Assembly (NCBI GenBank): GCA_036985855.1
Contig: BTQL01000005.1
Location: 10,136-74,135, forward strand
DNA: 64,000 nucleotides
Source: Acidimicrobiia bacterium
Lineage (GTDB): Bacteria > Actinomycetota > Acidimicrobiia > Spongiisociales > UBA5794
Direction: 5' to 3'
Positions 25,801-34,810 of this stretch are shown one piece after another. A model generated the notes under the pieces. It was given only the letters and a program-made list of their open reading frames with translations. It did not search any database and was not told where the DNA came from. Within the stretch, counting starts at the first letter, position 1. Each line of letters opens with the position of its first letter. The position numbers and the translations under genes are program-made.

Positions 25801-27263
25801 TTGCCACCGACTTCCTCGAACCCGTCCCTGATCCGCTGGGAGACGTCATCGGTCGGTACGCGCGAACGCATGGCCCGTTCACTGTCGAGGAGGCTGCAGA
25901 ATCCATAGGGTTGGCTCTCCCCACCGTCTCAGAAGTCCTTCGAAGACTCGAACACGACGGAAAAGTCACGGCGGGCGCGTACCGACCGGGTGGCACAGAC
26001 CGCGAATGGGTTTCGAGCGAGGTTCTTCGTCGGCTGCAAAGGCGCACCCTGGCAAGGTTGGCCCAACAAGTTGAAGCAGTCGATCACGATGCGTACGCCC
26101 GGTTCCTCCCCGCGTGGCAGGGTGTCGGCGGCGCTCGGACCGCATCTCTGAGTGATGTCATTCGCCAGCTTGCGGGCGCGGCCGTCCCGGCAAGCGTCCT
26201 CGAGTCGGACATCCTCAGCGCACGCCTCGAGAACCCACAACGCGATCTCGATACGGCACTCGCCACCGGAGACATCGTATGGATCGGTCGCGAGCCGATC
26301 GGTACACGGGACGGAAAAGTGGCGATGTACCTCAGGGAGAGCTTCTCGTTGCTCGCCCGCCCGGCGCAGGACTCGATTCTCGACTCCCCGGTTCACAATG
26401 GGATCCTCGAGCACCTCTCACAACACGGTGCATCCTTCTTCCCCGATCTCTACAGGGCGACCGGAGGAGGGAATCCTGAGGACGTCGTCGATGGCATTTG
26501 GGATCTCGTGTGGAGCGGCGTGGTCACCTGTGACTCCATCGGTGCGCTCAGAGCATTCACCGCGAAACGACGGAGAGCATCCTCCGGCAGGCAGCTTCCC
26601 ACAACAACACCGCCACATGCCCAAGGACGCTGGTACCTCACCGAAACGCTCCGCTCGTCGGAGCCGACTCCCGAGGAACGAGCGATCGCGGTCATCAACA
26701 CGCTCCTGGACCGATACGGGATCGTCACGCGAGATGTCGTCCTGACGGAGGGCGTTCCGGGTGGATTCACGGGTCTGTACCCCGTACTTTCGCGTCTTGA
26801 GGATGTCGGGCAGGTCCGTCGCGGCTACTTCATCGAGGGTCTTGGTGGTGCCCAATTCGGCACACCGGGAGCCATAGACCGGTTACGGGTATCGGAAGAT
26901 GCCGACATGACGGTCCTCGCGGCAACGGACCCGGCGAGCCCGTTCGGTGCAATCATCCCTTGGCCGGACACCGATGGCAGACCCACCCGGAGCGCCGGCG
27001 CCAGGGTGGCGGTTGAAGGAGGGACGATCGTCGCGTGGATGGATCGATCGGGCAGAAGTGTCAGCGTGTTCTCGTCCGATGCCGTTCGAAACGCTGTAGC
27101 CATCGAAGCACTCGCACGAGCACATGGAAGAGCTTCCGTGGAACGGATCAACACCATGTCGGTCCACGATCATGACATCGCTGCCGCCCTGGTTGAGCGA
27201 GGTTTCGCCTCGGGATACAAGGGGTATACCCTGCCGCGTGCAGGACGTACGAGTCGGAGATGA
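22896..27263 (+). CDS. lhr: ATP-dependent helicase Lhr (large helicase-related, SF2, with C-terminal Lhr-CTD)
   Basis: 1455 aa with a GTG start, motif I APTGSGKT and a DEIH box. The length and N-terminal FTPATASWF pattern are typical of Lhr. Confidence 0.9.
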   Translation: MSGLELFTPATASWFSAVFDEPTPAQTQGWQSIVSGNHTLIHAPTGSGKTLAAFLWALDRLATDPQPPNLQRCRILYVSPLKALAYDVDRNLRAPLTGIAVEARKLGLDPPSLSVAMRTGDTPQSERQAMLRNPPDLLITTPESLYLMLTSRAREILASVDTVIIDEIHAVAGTKRGSHLALSLERLSVLTESPPQRIGLSATQRPLETLAQFLGGGVSLDDTWEPRPVTIVDTPADKMLDIEIVVPVSDMTRPETDAPDQDDPRRRSIWPAVYPRLLQLLNDHTSTIFFVNSRGLAERLAAELNRLADSEVVQAHHGSVSREKRLDIEDRLKRGELKGVVATGTLELGIDMASVDLVVLVESPSSVARGLQRVGRAGHQVGAPSVAKVFPKHRGDLLETTVVVDRMYSGDIESTSIPQNPIDVLAQQIVAMAATGDLDVDAAFALVTGAYPFNRLTRQTFESVLDMLSGRYPSDDFAELRPRIVWDRMAGIITARSNAKLLAVTNPGTIPDRGLYTVHLPDGGRVGELDEEMVYESRPGDTFVLGSTTWRIDEITHDRVIVTPSPGAPSARMPFWHGDAPGRPLELGRAVGAFTREIGSLTTKEASSRLVDKYRLDPWAADNLASYLAEEKAATGHLPTDRTIVVQRFKDEIGDWRIVLLSPFGGRVHAPWALAVRNRFRTETGVPVDTIWSDDGILFRFPDADAPPDTNLVYVDPNDVEELLIAEVSDSALFTSKFREAAARALLLPRRRPGSRTPLWLQRRKAANLLEVTRKYGSFPIMLETYREVMQDYFDLPALREVLADIQKRTTRVVDTDTNGPSPFASSLMFDFIASFMYEYDAPIAERRAAALALDRNLLADLLGEPEIRDLLDADAIASVEADLQHLSDDRKVRSRDAMSDMLRDIGPLTLGEAAVRTEVPDDAATWLGDLAQSGRALLLSVNGVERFIAVEDIARLRDTIGVQPPPGIATDFLEPVPDPLGDVIGRYARTHGPFTVEEAAESIGLALPTVSEVLRRLEHDGKVTAGAYRPGGTDREWVSSEVLRRLQRRTLARLAQQVEAVDHDAYARFLPAWQGVGGARTASLSDVIRQLAGAAVPASVLESDILSARLENPQRDLDTALATGDIVWIGREPIGTRDGKVAMYLRESFSLLARPAQDSILDSPVHNGILEHLSQHGASFFPDLYRATGGGNPEDVVDGIWDLVWSGVVTCDSIGALRAFTAKRRRASSGRQLPTTTPPHAQGRWYLTETLRSSEPTPEERAIAVINTLLDRYGIVTRDVVLTEGVPGGFTGLYPVLSRLEDVGQVRRGYFIEGLGGAQFGTPGAIDRLRVSEDADMTVLAATDPASPFGAIIPWPDTDGRPTRSAGARVAVEGGTIVAWMDRSGRSVSVFSSDAVRNAVAIEALARAHGRASVERINTMSVHDHDIAAALVERGFASGYKGYTLPRAGRTSRR

Positions 27264-27673
27264 CAGTGCCAACGACCATCGACGAGATCCTGAAACAGAT
27301 CCAGGCGATCACGTCGAGTATCGAGACAATCGAAAGCGACGGTCTGCGACGTCTCGAACTCGTTCAACAGCGTGACCAGCTACGTGCCGACGCCAGAGTC
27401 CTTGCGAACGCGATGAGGCATCCCCGCTCGGTCGAAACCGAAATCGCGATGCTCGAGGCACGTCTTGAGGGAATCGACGACATGTTCGTCACAAAGGGAC
27501 ACGCCGAGAAGTATCTCACGAAAGGGTTCTCCGATCCCGGTGCGTACAGCGCAGCGATCAACCGCAAGATTGCACAGGACCACGCCGAAGAGATCAGGGA
27601 GATCAACGACCGACTTGCCGAGCTCAGAGCGATACCACGTCCTCAGGATGATGACCGACACAACGATGAATGA
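27260..27673 (+). CDS. Hypothetical 137-aa coiled-coil protein (paralog of 5215..5628)
   Basis: Its start overlaps the lhr stop (ATGA) and its stop overlaps the next ORF's start (ATGA). The sequence is predicted to be helical. Confidence 0.55.
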   Translation: MTVPTTIDEILKQIQAITSSIETIESDGLRRLELVQQRDQLRADARVLANAMRHPRSVETEIAMLEARLEGIDDMFVTKGHAEKYLTKGFSDPGAYSAAINRKIAQDHAEEIREINDRLAELRAIPRPQDDDRHNDE

Positions 27674-28299
27674 CCACAGGCTCTCGGTCCTCACGAGTGG
27701 CAGGGAAACAGGGAACATCCGACGTTACTGCACACGAACTCCAGATCCGACCTAAGCTGAAGTGGATGCACGTACTCGTTGCAACAGCCGGAGCCCTTTC
27801 GCCTGAACCTGTGGTCGAGTTCGCCAGGCACCTCATCGGAGGAACCGGGTTTGTCACCGTCACCACCGTGGTCGAGGTGCCGAGGTCCTTCCTCGAGGAA
27901 TTGGGGGCCGACGACTGGCATCCGCTCCATGATTCGAACCCGGGACAGACGACAGAGCACCTTGTCGACTCGTATCTGGCCGAGCGCGGGCATCGCATCA
28001 CCGACCCTGTCCGTCTGGCGCTCGAAGGTGCACGGATCCCGTGCGACGTTCGCGTCTTGGAGGGGGCCGATCCTGCAGCAGCCATCTCAAAGGCAGCCGA
28101 CGAACTCGGCGCAGACGTTGTGATTCTCGGCGCTACGAAGCAGATCTTCGACCGCGACGCATGGGAGAGTGTTTCTGCACGGGTGATGATCGAATCCGGG
28201 CGACCGATCCTCGTCGTTCCTGAATCCCGGAAAGCTGTCCGGGAGGACGCGGATCTCGACGCTTACCTGCCGGAGACCGAACCAAGAGTACCGGCGTAG
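27670..28299 (+). CDS. Universal stress protein (UspA family)
   Basis: The USP fold runs from MHVLVATAG... to ...GADVVILGATK...ILVVPE. The start at 27670 has an ATGA overlap; an alternative start is the ATG at 27766. Confidence 0.7.
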   Translation: MTTGSRSSRVAGKQGTSDVTAHELQIRPKLKWMHVLVATAGALSPEPVVEFARHLIGGTGFVTVTTVVEVPRSFLEELGADDWHPLHDSNPGQTTEHLVDSYLAERGHRITDPVRLALEGARIPCDVRVLEGADPAAAISKAADELGADVVILGATKQIFDRDAWESVSARVMIESGRPILVVPESRKAVREDADLDAYLPETEPRVPA

Positions 28300-28345
28300 A
28301 CTCGCAGCCCGAGAGTCACCGAACCTCCACGTTCGAGATTTGTCG

Positions 28346-28918
28346 TCAACCATTCCTCGTCAGCGGTCTTGTACAACCGAGATCCAAACCATGTCCTTCA
28401 GCCCGAACAGCAGCCTCGAGTGACATGCATGTCTTTGCCAATCGGTACTGGCCATCCTGCAGGCCCGAGCCTGCGATCGCAGCCTCGATGCCATCGAGCT
28501 GGAAAGCAGATTCAACCGACGCCCGCGTTTCCGGCATGCCGCGTTGCACCACTTGAACCGCCGTCACATAGTCATCGTGAACCTGCACGAGAGACTCAGG
28601 CGGAGCGATCTGCGACAGCTGCTCGATGTACCGACCCATCGCATCTTCGAGCAAGGCGAGATATAGCACCATCTCGCGCTTCGTGACATCGATTGCGGCA
28701 GCGACGGGATCCTCGACATCCGTCTCGACGATCAAGGCGACCTCTTGTTCGACGGTCGACTGGAACGCTACAGATAGAGCTTGAGATCGCTCGATGTAGT
28801 CGTCTGTTGCCCGCTCGATCACCTCCGCGTACGCCGACGGAGACAGGGCTGGCCCGGAGCATGCGGAGACAACGATCCCAACCGCTGCGATCACTGCGGC
28901 AGGGCGCCGAAGCTTCAT
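28346..28918 (-). CDS. Hypothetical lipoprotein
   Basis: Signal peptide with lipobox (IVVSAC). Its start overlaps the stop of the upstream ABC exporter gene by 4 nt. Confidence 0.5.
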   Translation of the reverse strand: MKLRRPAAVIAAVGIVVSACSGPALSPSAYAEVIERATDDYIERSQALSVAFQSTVEQEVALIVETDVEDPVAAAIDVTKREMVLYLALLEDAMGRYIEQLSQIAPPESLVQVHDDYVTAVQVVQRGMPETRASVESAFQLDGIEAAIAGSGLQDGQYRLAKTCMSLEAAVRAEGHGLDLGCTRPLTRNG

Positions 28919-30777
28919 GACACCGGAGAGGCCCGAAACTGGGTCTCGAACAGCATTGAATACAGGCCGGACTGAGAGAGCAGTTCAGCGTGTGTCCCGA
29001 CCTCTTGCACCTGACCATTGTCGATCACGACGATCTTGTCTGCGTTGAGCACGGTGGACAGCCTATGCGCGATCACCAACGACGTGCGATTCTCCATGAT
29101 CCGTTCCAACGCCTGCTGCACAAGTGCCTCCGACCTCGCGTCCAGGTGCGAAGTGGCCTCGTCGAGTATCAAGACAGACGGATTCTTGAGAATCACCCTC
29201 GCTATGGCGATCCGCTGTTTCTCGCCTCCCGACAACCGGTACCCCCTCTCCCCCACCCGCGTAGCCATTCCTTCGGGAAGCGAATCGATGAATTCGGCGA
29301 TATTCGCAGCCTCGGCAGCAGCCCTGAGCTCGTGGAGAGCGGCCTCGGGTTTTGCGTACCGAAGGTTGGCCTCGATCGTGTCGTGGAACAGGTAGGTCTC
29401 CTGGGTGACGACGCCAACTGCGTGGGCAAGTGCGGACGTCGGGATCTCTCTCACATCGATGCCATCGATGAGCACGCGACCCCTGGATGTGTCATAGAGC
29501 CGGGGAACCAGATAGGTGGACGTCGTCTTGCCCGCACCGGAAGGGCCAACGAGAGCAACCATCTCACCCGGCTCAACAGTGAACGACACTGCCCGAAGCG
29601 CCCACCCACCCGGTTGGCGCTGTTCGCCGCCTTCTGTCTGGCCGGTGTCTCCCCATCCGAACCGACGAACGGACTCGAGGCCGGACACCGACCCATCGTC
29701 ATAGGTGAACCACACATCGTCGAACTCGACCCGGCCCTCGATATCGCTCACGTCGGCAGGGTTTTGCGATTCACGCACATCGATCGGCATGTCGAGCAAC
29801 TCGAACACCCGCTCGAAGGAGACGAGCGATGTTGTGAATTCCACCCGTGCGTTCGCAAGGGCCGACATCGGTCCGTACAAAGAGCCGAGATAGGCGCTGA
29901 GGGCGACGATCGTTCCGATAGTGAGCGATCCGTTGATGACGAACACTGCGCCGAGCCAGAACGTCACGGCAGTCCCGAGAGCGGACACGAGTCCAAGCGC
30001 CATGAAGAACCAACGACCGATCGTGGCCTGGGTGACGCCGAGGTCACGAACTTCGGATGCATACACAGCGAAACGATCGTTCTCGAAGTCGGACCTTCCG
30101 AAGAGCTTGACAAGCAGCGCACCCGAAACGGAGAGTGTCTCCTGCATGACCGAGTTCATCTCAGCGTTCGCCGCCATCTGTTGTCTACGAACATCTCGTA
30201 AGCGTTTCCCGACTTTCCGCGACGCGAGGATGAACAAGGGAAGAATCGACACTGCCAGCAAGGTGAGACGCCATTCGAGCCTGGTCATGATGAAAATCGT
30301 CGCGACGACTGTGACAACATTCGCAACGAGGGAAACGAAGGTCGACGTAACGGCCTGTTGAGCACCGATGACGTCCGAGTTGAGTCGCGACATCAGCTCG
30401 CCGGTTTTGGTGTTCGTGAAGAAGCCCAGCGACATCCGCTGGAGATGGTCGAAGAGCTGACGCCGGAGATCGTAGATGATGCCTTCCCCCATCTTCGCTG
30501 TCGCTCGACGCTGGACGACCCCGATGACCCCGTTGATGAGCGGTACGGCAACCATGCCGAGGCCGAGGAACGTGACAAGGCGAAGATCGCTATCAGGGAT
30601 CGCGGTGTCGATGAGGCTGCGTATCAGCAGAGGTGGTACGAGGGTGAGGAACGAGATCACAACGATGGTGACCAGCACCACAGCGACATGGACCTTGTAC
30701 GGCTTTGCGTAGGTGAGAACACGATGGATCAGCGCGCGATCGATCTCCGGCGCCGACTGGCTCTCGTCATGGCGCAT
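28915..30777 (-). CDS. ABC exporter, fused permease/ATP-binding protein (MsbA/type I exporter-like)
   Basis: Six-TM ABC_membrane region followed by an NBD with Walker A GPSGAGKTT, signature LSGGEKQR and Walker B ILILDE. The start at MRHDESQ is uncertain (alternatives 30804 and 30846). Confidence 0.85.
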   Translation of the reverse strand: MRHDESQSAPEIDRALIHRVLTYAKPYKVHVAVVLVTIVVISFLTLVPPLLIRSLIDTAIPDSDLRLVTFLGLGMVAVPLINGVIGVVQRRATAKMGEGIIYDLRRQLFDHLQRMSLGFFTNTKTGELMSRLNSDVIGAQQAVTSTFVSLVANVVTVVATIFIMTRLEWRLTLLAVSILPLFILASRKVGKRLRDVRRQQMAANAEMNSVMQETLSVSGALLVKLFGRSDFENDRFAVYASEVRDLGVTQATIGRWFFMALGLVSALGTAVTFWLGAVFVINGSLTIGTIVALSAYLGSLYGPMSALANARVEFTTSLVSFERVFELLDMPIDVRESQNPADVSDIEGRVEFDDVWFTYDDGSVSGLESVRRFGWGDTGQTEGGEQRQPGGWALRAVSFTVEPGEMVALVGPSGAGKTTSTYLVPRLYDTSRGRVLIDGIDVREIPTSALAHAVGVVTQETYLFHDTIEANLRYAKPEAALHELRAAAEAANIAEFIDSLPEGMATRVGERGYRLSGGEKQRIAIARVILKNPSVLILDEATSHLDARSEALVQQALERIMENRTSLVIAHRLSTVLNADKIVVIDNGQVQEVGTHAELLSQSGLYSMLFETQFRASPVS

Positions 30778-30895
30778 GAACGCGCCCCAGGAAGATCCGT
30801 GCATCGCGCAACGGTAATGACACGACGGTGGACGACGGACGGTCAACCGTGAGTGCGGCGACGGCCGAGCGAACGGCTCACGGGTCTCTGTCAGC

Positions 30896-31573
30896 CTACG
30901 GAAGCATTCCCGCGAGCGGCGCAGCCGAGTTGGCTACATCGACGCAGAGCTCCTCAGAGATATCAGATCGACAAAACAGCTCGTATCTGTGCCCTGCCTC
31001 TGTCCACCCGAGACTTATGCCATCCGGCACGATGATCGGAACGATCTCGGCCCGTTCCGGAAGCAGGTCTGCAGCCGCCTTTCCGACGCGGAGCACGCCG
31101 AGTCTTGCCGCGTCTGACTGATACGGGTCCGTCGTCCATAGGCCGAACGCAGCCATCGTATCCGGGTCGAGCACACCCGTTGTCTCGTCATAGACGAGCT
31201 GACTCGTGATCCATCGCACCGTTTCAGGTACAAGATCAGGGAACATGATCCCCGGCAACGCGATCGAGATCTCAGATCTCGATGACTGTACGAATCTGCT
31301 GTTGAGCTCGCGCTGCCACACTCCCAGGATGACCTGGTCTGACGTACCGGTCATCTGGTTGGGGAGATCGTCGTTGAACCACTGCACATCGGGTGCACGG
31401 ATGAGCCCTTCGTCCCCGGTACCGGCGACGATTGGCACGACGACCGTGGTTGTCGCTGCGTCACCCTGGACGTAGTCACGCGTGCGATCGCCGACACCAT
31501 CGAGAAGGCCGGCCTCTCCGCAGGCGGCGAGCACGGTCGAAAGCGCGAGCACAGCAAACACGATGCGTTTCAT
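30896..31573 (-). CDS. Hypothetical lipoprotein
   Basis: Start at MKRIVFAVLALSTVLAAC (lipobox LAAC). I recognise no catalytic motif. Confidence 0.5.
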   Translation of the reverse strand: MKRIVFAVLALSTVLAACGEAGLLDGVGDRTRDYVQGDAATTTVVVPIVAGTGDEGLIRAPDVQWFNDDLPNQMTGTSDQVILGVWQRELNSRFVQSSRSEISIALPGIMFPDLVPETVRWITSQLVYDETTGVLDPDTMAAFGLWTTDPYQSDAARLGVLRVGKAAADLLPERAEIVPIIVPDGISLGWTEAGHRYELFCRSDISEELCVDVANSAAPLAGMLP

Positions 31574-31644
31574 CTGTCGAAGGATGGCACGGTTCTTCAA
31601 TAACTGGCACAACCTCGAGCGATGGCTCACTAGCCTCGGCTCTC

Positions 31645-32406
31645 ATGGAAGGCACTCCCCTCTCCATCGTCAAGGGTCACCTCACTGCAGATGCCCCACT
31701 CGATACAGCAATTTCTCGTGCGATTCTCCAGCGGGTGTCCGACGGTGACCTGGCGGAGACGCTGCAGATCGGGCGCCCCCACAAAGTTGTGGCATTCGGA
31801 AAACACGACGCAATCACAAGGGGATTCGACAGGGCCGTCCAAATCGCCCTGGACCTTGGCTTCGACCCAACGACCCGGATAGCCGGAGGCAGAGCGGTCG
31901 TCTTCCACAAGCACGTGATCCGGTTCGCGTGGACGGTTCCCTCTCCCGACCCTGTTCGCGACATGCACTCCAGATTCGAACTCGTCGCCGCCAGAATGGT
32001 CGATACCCTCGCGTACTTCGACATCGGTGCGGCCGTTGGCCAACTCGAACTCGAATACTGCCCAGGCAGGTACAGTGTTTCGATTCCCGGCGCGGGAAAG
32101 GTGATGGGATCCGGTCAACGTCTGGCGCGTCGAGCCGCCCAGATAGCAGGCATGATCGTCGTCAGGGATGCTGCTTCGATCAATGCCGTGCTCGAACCGG
32201 TGTACGAGGCACTCGGACTCGCGATGGATCCGAACATCACTGCGAGCATCTCGGATGTCAAAGAGCTGGACACGGAGGCTGTCATGGACCGATTCTGTCA
32301 CCTCTTTGTCGGCGACCGCGAAAGGATCGATGCCGATATCGATGACGACACATATTCACGAGCACGCGGGTTTCGGAATGATCAAGATCCGCGAATACTT
32401 GCGTGA
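31645..32406 (+). CDS. Lipoate-protein ligase A / biotin-lipoate ligase (BPL_LplA_LipB) family protein
   Basis: Start at MEGTPLSIVKG. The GRPHKVVAFGKHD and RIAGGRAVVFH segments resemble the LplA catalytic-domain fold. The upstream track extension is Arg-rich. Confidence 0.6.
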   Translation: MEGTPLSIVKGHLTADAPLDTAISRAILQRVSDGDLAETLQIGRPHKVVAFGKHDAITRGFDRAVQIALDLGFDPTTRIAGGRAVVFHKHVIRFAWTVPSPDPVRDMHSRFELVAARMVDTLAYFDIGAAVGQLELEYCPGRYSVSIPGAGKVMGSGQRLARRAAQIAGMIVVRDAASINAVLEPVYEALGLAMDPNITASISDVKELDTEAVMDRFCHLFVGDRERIDADIDDDTYSRARGFRNDQDPRILA

Positions 32407-32433
32407 GAACGCGAAACCATCAAGACTCGCCCC

Positions 32434-33573
32434 ATGCACATTCTCGTGATCAATGGACCGAATCTGAACCTGCTCGGAACCAGAGAGCCCGAGCTCTACG
32501 GAACCGAAACCCTCGCCGACCTCGAAGCACAGTGGCACCAGAGAGCCAGGCGCCACGGTGCAACCATCGAGGCATTCCAATCGAACCACGAGGGAGCCAT
32601 CATCGACACCATAGGAGACGGCAACGGTCGGTTCGATGGACTGGTCATCAACGCCGGCGCCCTGTCACACTACTCCTATGCGATCACCGATGCAGTCGAG
32701 GCGGTCGGCATGCCAACCGTTGAGGTTCATATCTCCAATATCTACGAGCGCGAAGTCTGGCGGCATACATCCGTTCTCACAGACGTGTGCGATCTCGACA
32801 TCGTTGGGCGAGGCGTCGAGGGATACCTGCATGCCATTGATCATCTCGTTGCGATGCAGTCGCATCCTCCGGTCACAGCCCAGTACGGCGATGCGCCTGA
32901 CACGGTTCTCGATCTCAGAACCCCCACGGGCCCGGGGCCTCATCCAGTCGTCCTCCTCATTCATGGCGGATTCTGGCGGGACATCTGGAAGCGAGATCTG
33001 ATGGATCCCATGGCCGTCGCTCTCACCGACTCGGGGTGGGCGACAACGAACATCGAGTACCGGCGCGGCGGAGGATCATATACCGCCGCATCGTACGATC
33101 TCAGGCAAGCTGTTCAATGGGTCAAGGACCATGCCGCGGATCACGGACTCGATACCGATCGAATCGTCGTTGTGGGCCACTCAGCCGGCGGGTACCTCGC
33201 TCTCCGTCTCGCTCACGACAACCCGGGTATTGCGGGGGTAGTTTCCCTTGCCGCTGTTTCCGACCTCGCTGCAATGGCTGAGTCACAGTCTGACGATGAC
33301 CCCGTGGTCGCGTTTCTCGGAGCATCCCGCGACGAGGCTCCGCGCCTTTGGGCCCAGGCAGAACTCTCCGGGGACCCTTCGGTTCCCGTACATCTCATAC
33401 ACGGGGTCGACGACGAAACCGTTGATCCCGCACAGACAGAGAGTTACACCCGGCTGAGGGGCGGATCCACGGAAGCGACCATGGTCGCCCGCTGCGGGCA
33501 CATGGAGCTGATCGATCCAACGTCAGAGGCATGGCCCTCAGTGGTCGCCGCTCTTGGTGTCTTCAGCTCTTAG
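32434..33573 (+). CDS. aroQ: Fusion protein: type II 3-dehydroquinate dehydratase (N-terminal ~145 aa) + alpha/beta-hydrolase (C-terminal ~230 aa)
   Basis: The AroQ part has [28 protein letters not shown] and [13 protein letters not shown]. The hydrolase part has an HGGFW oxyanion motif, a GHSAGG nucleophile elbow, and later D (VDDE) and H (CGHME). Confidence 0.8.
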   Translation: MHILVINGPNLNLLGTREPELYGTETLADLEAQWHQRARRHGATIEAFQSNHEGAIIDTIGDGNGRFDGLVINAGALSHYSYAITDAVEAVGMPTVEVHISNIYEREVWRHTSVLTDVCDLDIVGRGVEGYLHAIDHLVAMQSHPPVTAQYGDAPDTVLDLRTPTGPGPHPVVLLIHGGFWRDIWKRDLMDPMAVALTDSGWATTNIEYRRGGGSYTAASYDLRQAVQWVKDHAADHGLDTDRIVVVGHSAGGYLALRLAHDNPGIAGVVSLAAVSDLAAMAESQSDDDPVVAFLGASRDEAPRLWAQAELSGDPSVPVHLIHGVDDETVDPAQTESYTRLRGGSTEATMVARCGHMELIDPTSEAWPSVVAALGVFSS

Positions 33574-34768
33574 CAACGAGAGCAGTCATGCGCTCGAGGC
33601 CCTCGATGAGATCGGCGTCTGAAAGCGCGAAAGACAGCCTGGCATATCCCGGCGCTCCGAAGGCCTCCCCCGGCACGACGGCCACGTTCACCTCTTCGAG
33701 CAGCAGATCTGCAAGCTCCAGTGTCGTCGAAGCCGTCCGTCCGCCGAGCGGACGGTTGAGAAGCCCTTCCACGTTGGGGAACGCATAAAAGGCGCCCTCG
33801 GGCGTGGTACACGTGACACCGTCCATCGATCGCAGAGTCTCCAGCATCGACAGCCGGCGCCTGTCGAACGCTGCACGCATCTTGTCGACCGATTCGAGGG
33901 ATCCGGTGACCGCCTTGAGTGCCGCGGCCTGTGCAACATTGTTCACATTCGACGAGAGATGCGACTGGATGCGGGTCGCCGCTGCGGCGACCTCAGGGGG
34001 ACCGATCATCCACCCGACCCGCCAGCCGGTCATCGCATAGGTTTTTGAGACACCGTTCACAACAACGCATCGATCTGCCATCTCAGGCACCACAACAGGC
34101 ATCGAGTGGAATTCCGCATCGCCGTACACGAGATGTTCATATATCTCATCGGTCATCACCCAGATCCCGCGTGCCGCTGCCCACTCACCGACTGCTCTGA
34201 TCTGGTCCCGGGTGTACACGGCACCGGTCGGATTGGACGGACTCACGAATATCAGCAATTTCGTTCGGTCGGTTGCTGCAACCTCGAGCTGCTGAACGGT
34301 GACGGTGAAGTTCGAAGACTCGTCCGATGGAACGATGACGGGCACCCCTCCGGCAAGGGTGACCGCCTCAGGGTATGTCACCCAATACGGGGAAGGGAGC
34401 AGCACCTCATCGCCGGGGTCGATAAGCACCTGACAGGTTTCGTAGACAGCCTGCTTTCCGCCGTTTGTCACCACGACCTGGGACGCATCCACGGTGTACC
34501 CCGAGTCGCGCTTTGTCTTCACCGCTACGGCCTCACGAAGGGCCGGCTGACCTGCAGCCGGTGAGTATTGATGCGATTTCGGATCTCTGGCTGCTCGAAT
34601 TGCTGCTTCAACGACCCATTCAGGAGTCGGGAAATCAGGCTCACCTGCTCCATAACCGATAACCGGCTTGCCTTCAGCGCGCAGCGCCTTGGCCTTGGCG
34701 GTGATCGCAAGGGTCGCTGACGGGTGCACGGCAAGGGCCCGTTTCGAGATCGATTCACCGTTCGTCAT
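33563..34768 (-). CDS. Class I/II pyridoxal-phosphate-dependent aminotransferase (aspartate aminotransferase-like)
   Basis: Start at [10 protein letters not shown]. Motifs GEPDFPTP, Y.p..G, NPSNPTG and [10 protein letters not shown] (PLP lysine) are present. Confidence 0.85.
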   Translation of the reverse strand: MTNGESISKRALAVHPSATLAITAKAKALRAEGKPVIGYGAGEPDFPTPEWVVEAAIRAARDPKSHQYSPAAGQPALREAVAVKTKRDSGYTVDASQVVVTNGGKQAVYETCQVLIDPGDEVLLPSPYWVTYPEAVTLAGGVPVIVPSDESSNFTVTVQQLEVAATDRTKLLIFVSPSNPTGAVYTRDQIRAVGEWAAARGIWVMTDEIYEHLVYGDAEFHSMPVVVPEMADRCVVVNGVSKTYAMTGWRVGWMIGPPEVAAAATRIQSHLSSNVNNVAQAAALKAVTGSLESVDKMRAAFDRRRLSMLETLRSMDGVTCTTPEGAFYAFPNVEGLLNRPLGGRTASTTLELADLLLEEVNVAVVPGEAFGAPGYARLSFALSDADLIEGLERMTALVAKS

Positions 34769-34810
34769 AAGGTCTACTCTCAAACTGTCGACTAGAGGTG
34801 CACGATAGCC

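Noticed and set aside
28990-30201. 403-aa plus-strand ORF
   Set aside because: It is antisense to the ABC exporter (Walker A, signature and Walker B are all present on the minus strand).
30839-30850. Palindrome ACGGT-CA-ACCGT upstream of the ABC exporter, reminiscent of ACCGT-CA-ACGGT upstream of the CoA ligase
   Set aside because: The arms are 5 bp with opposite half-site arrangement in the two places. That is too short to separate from chance without genome-wide statistics.
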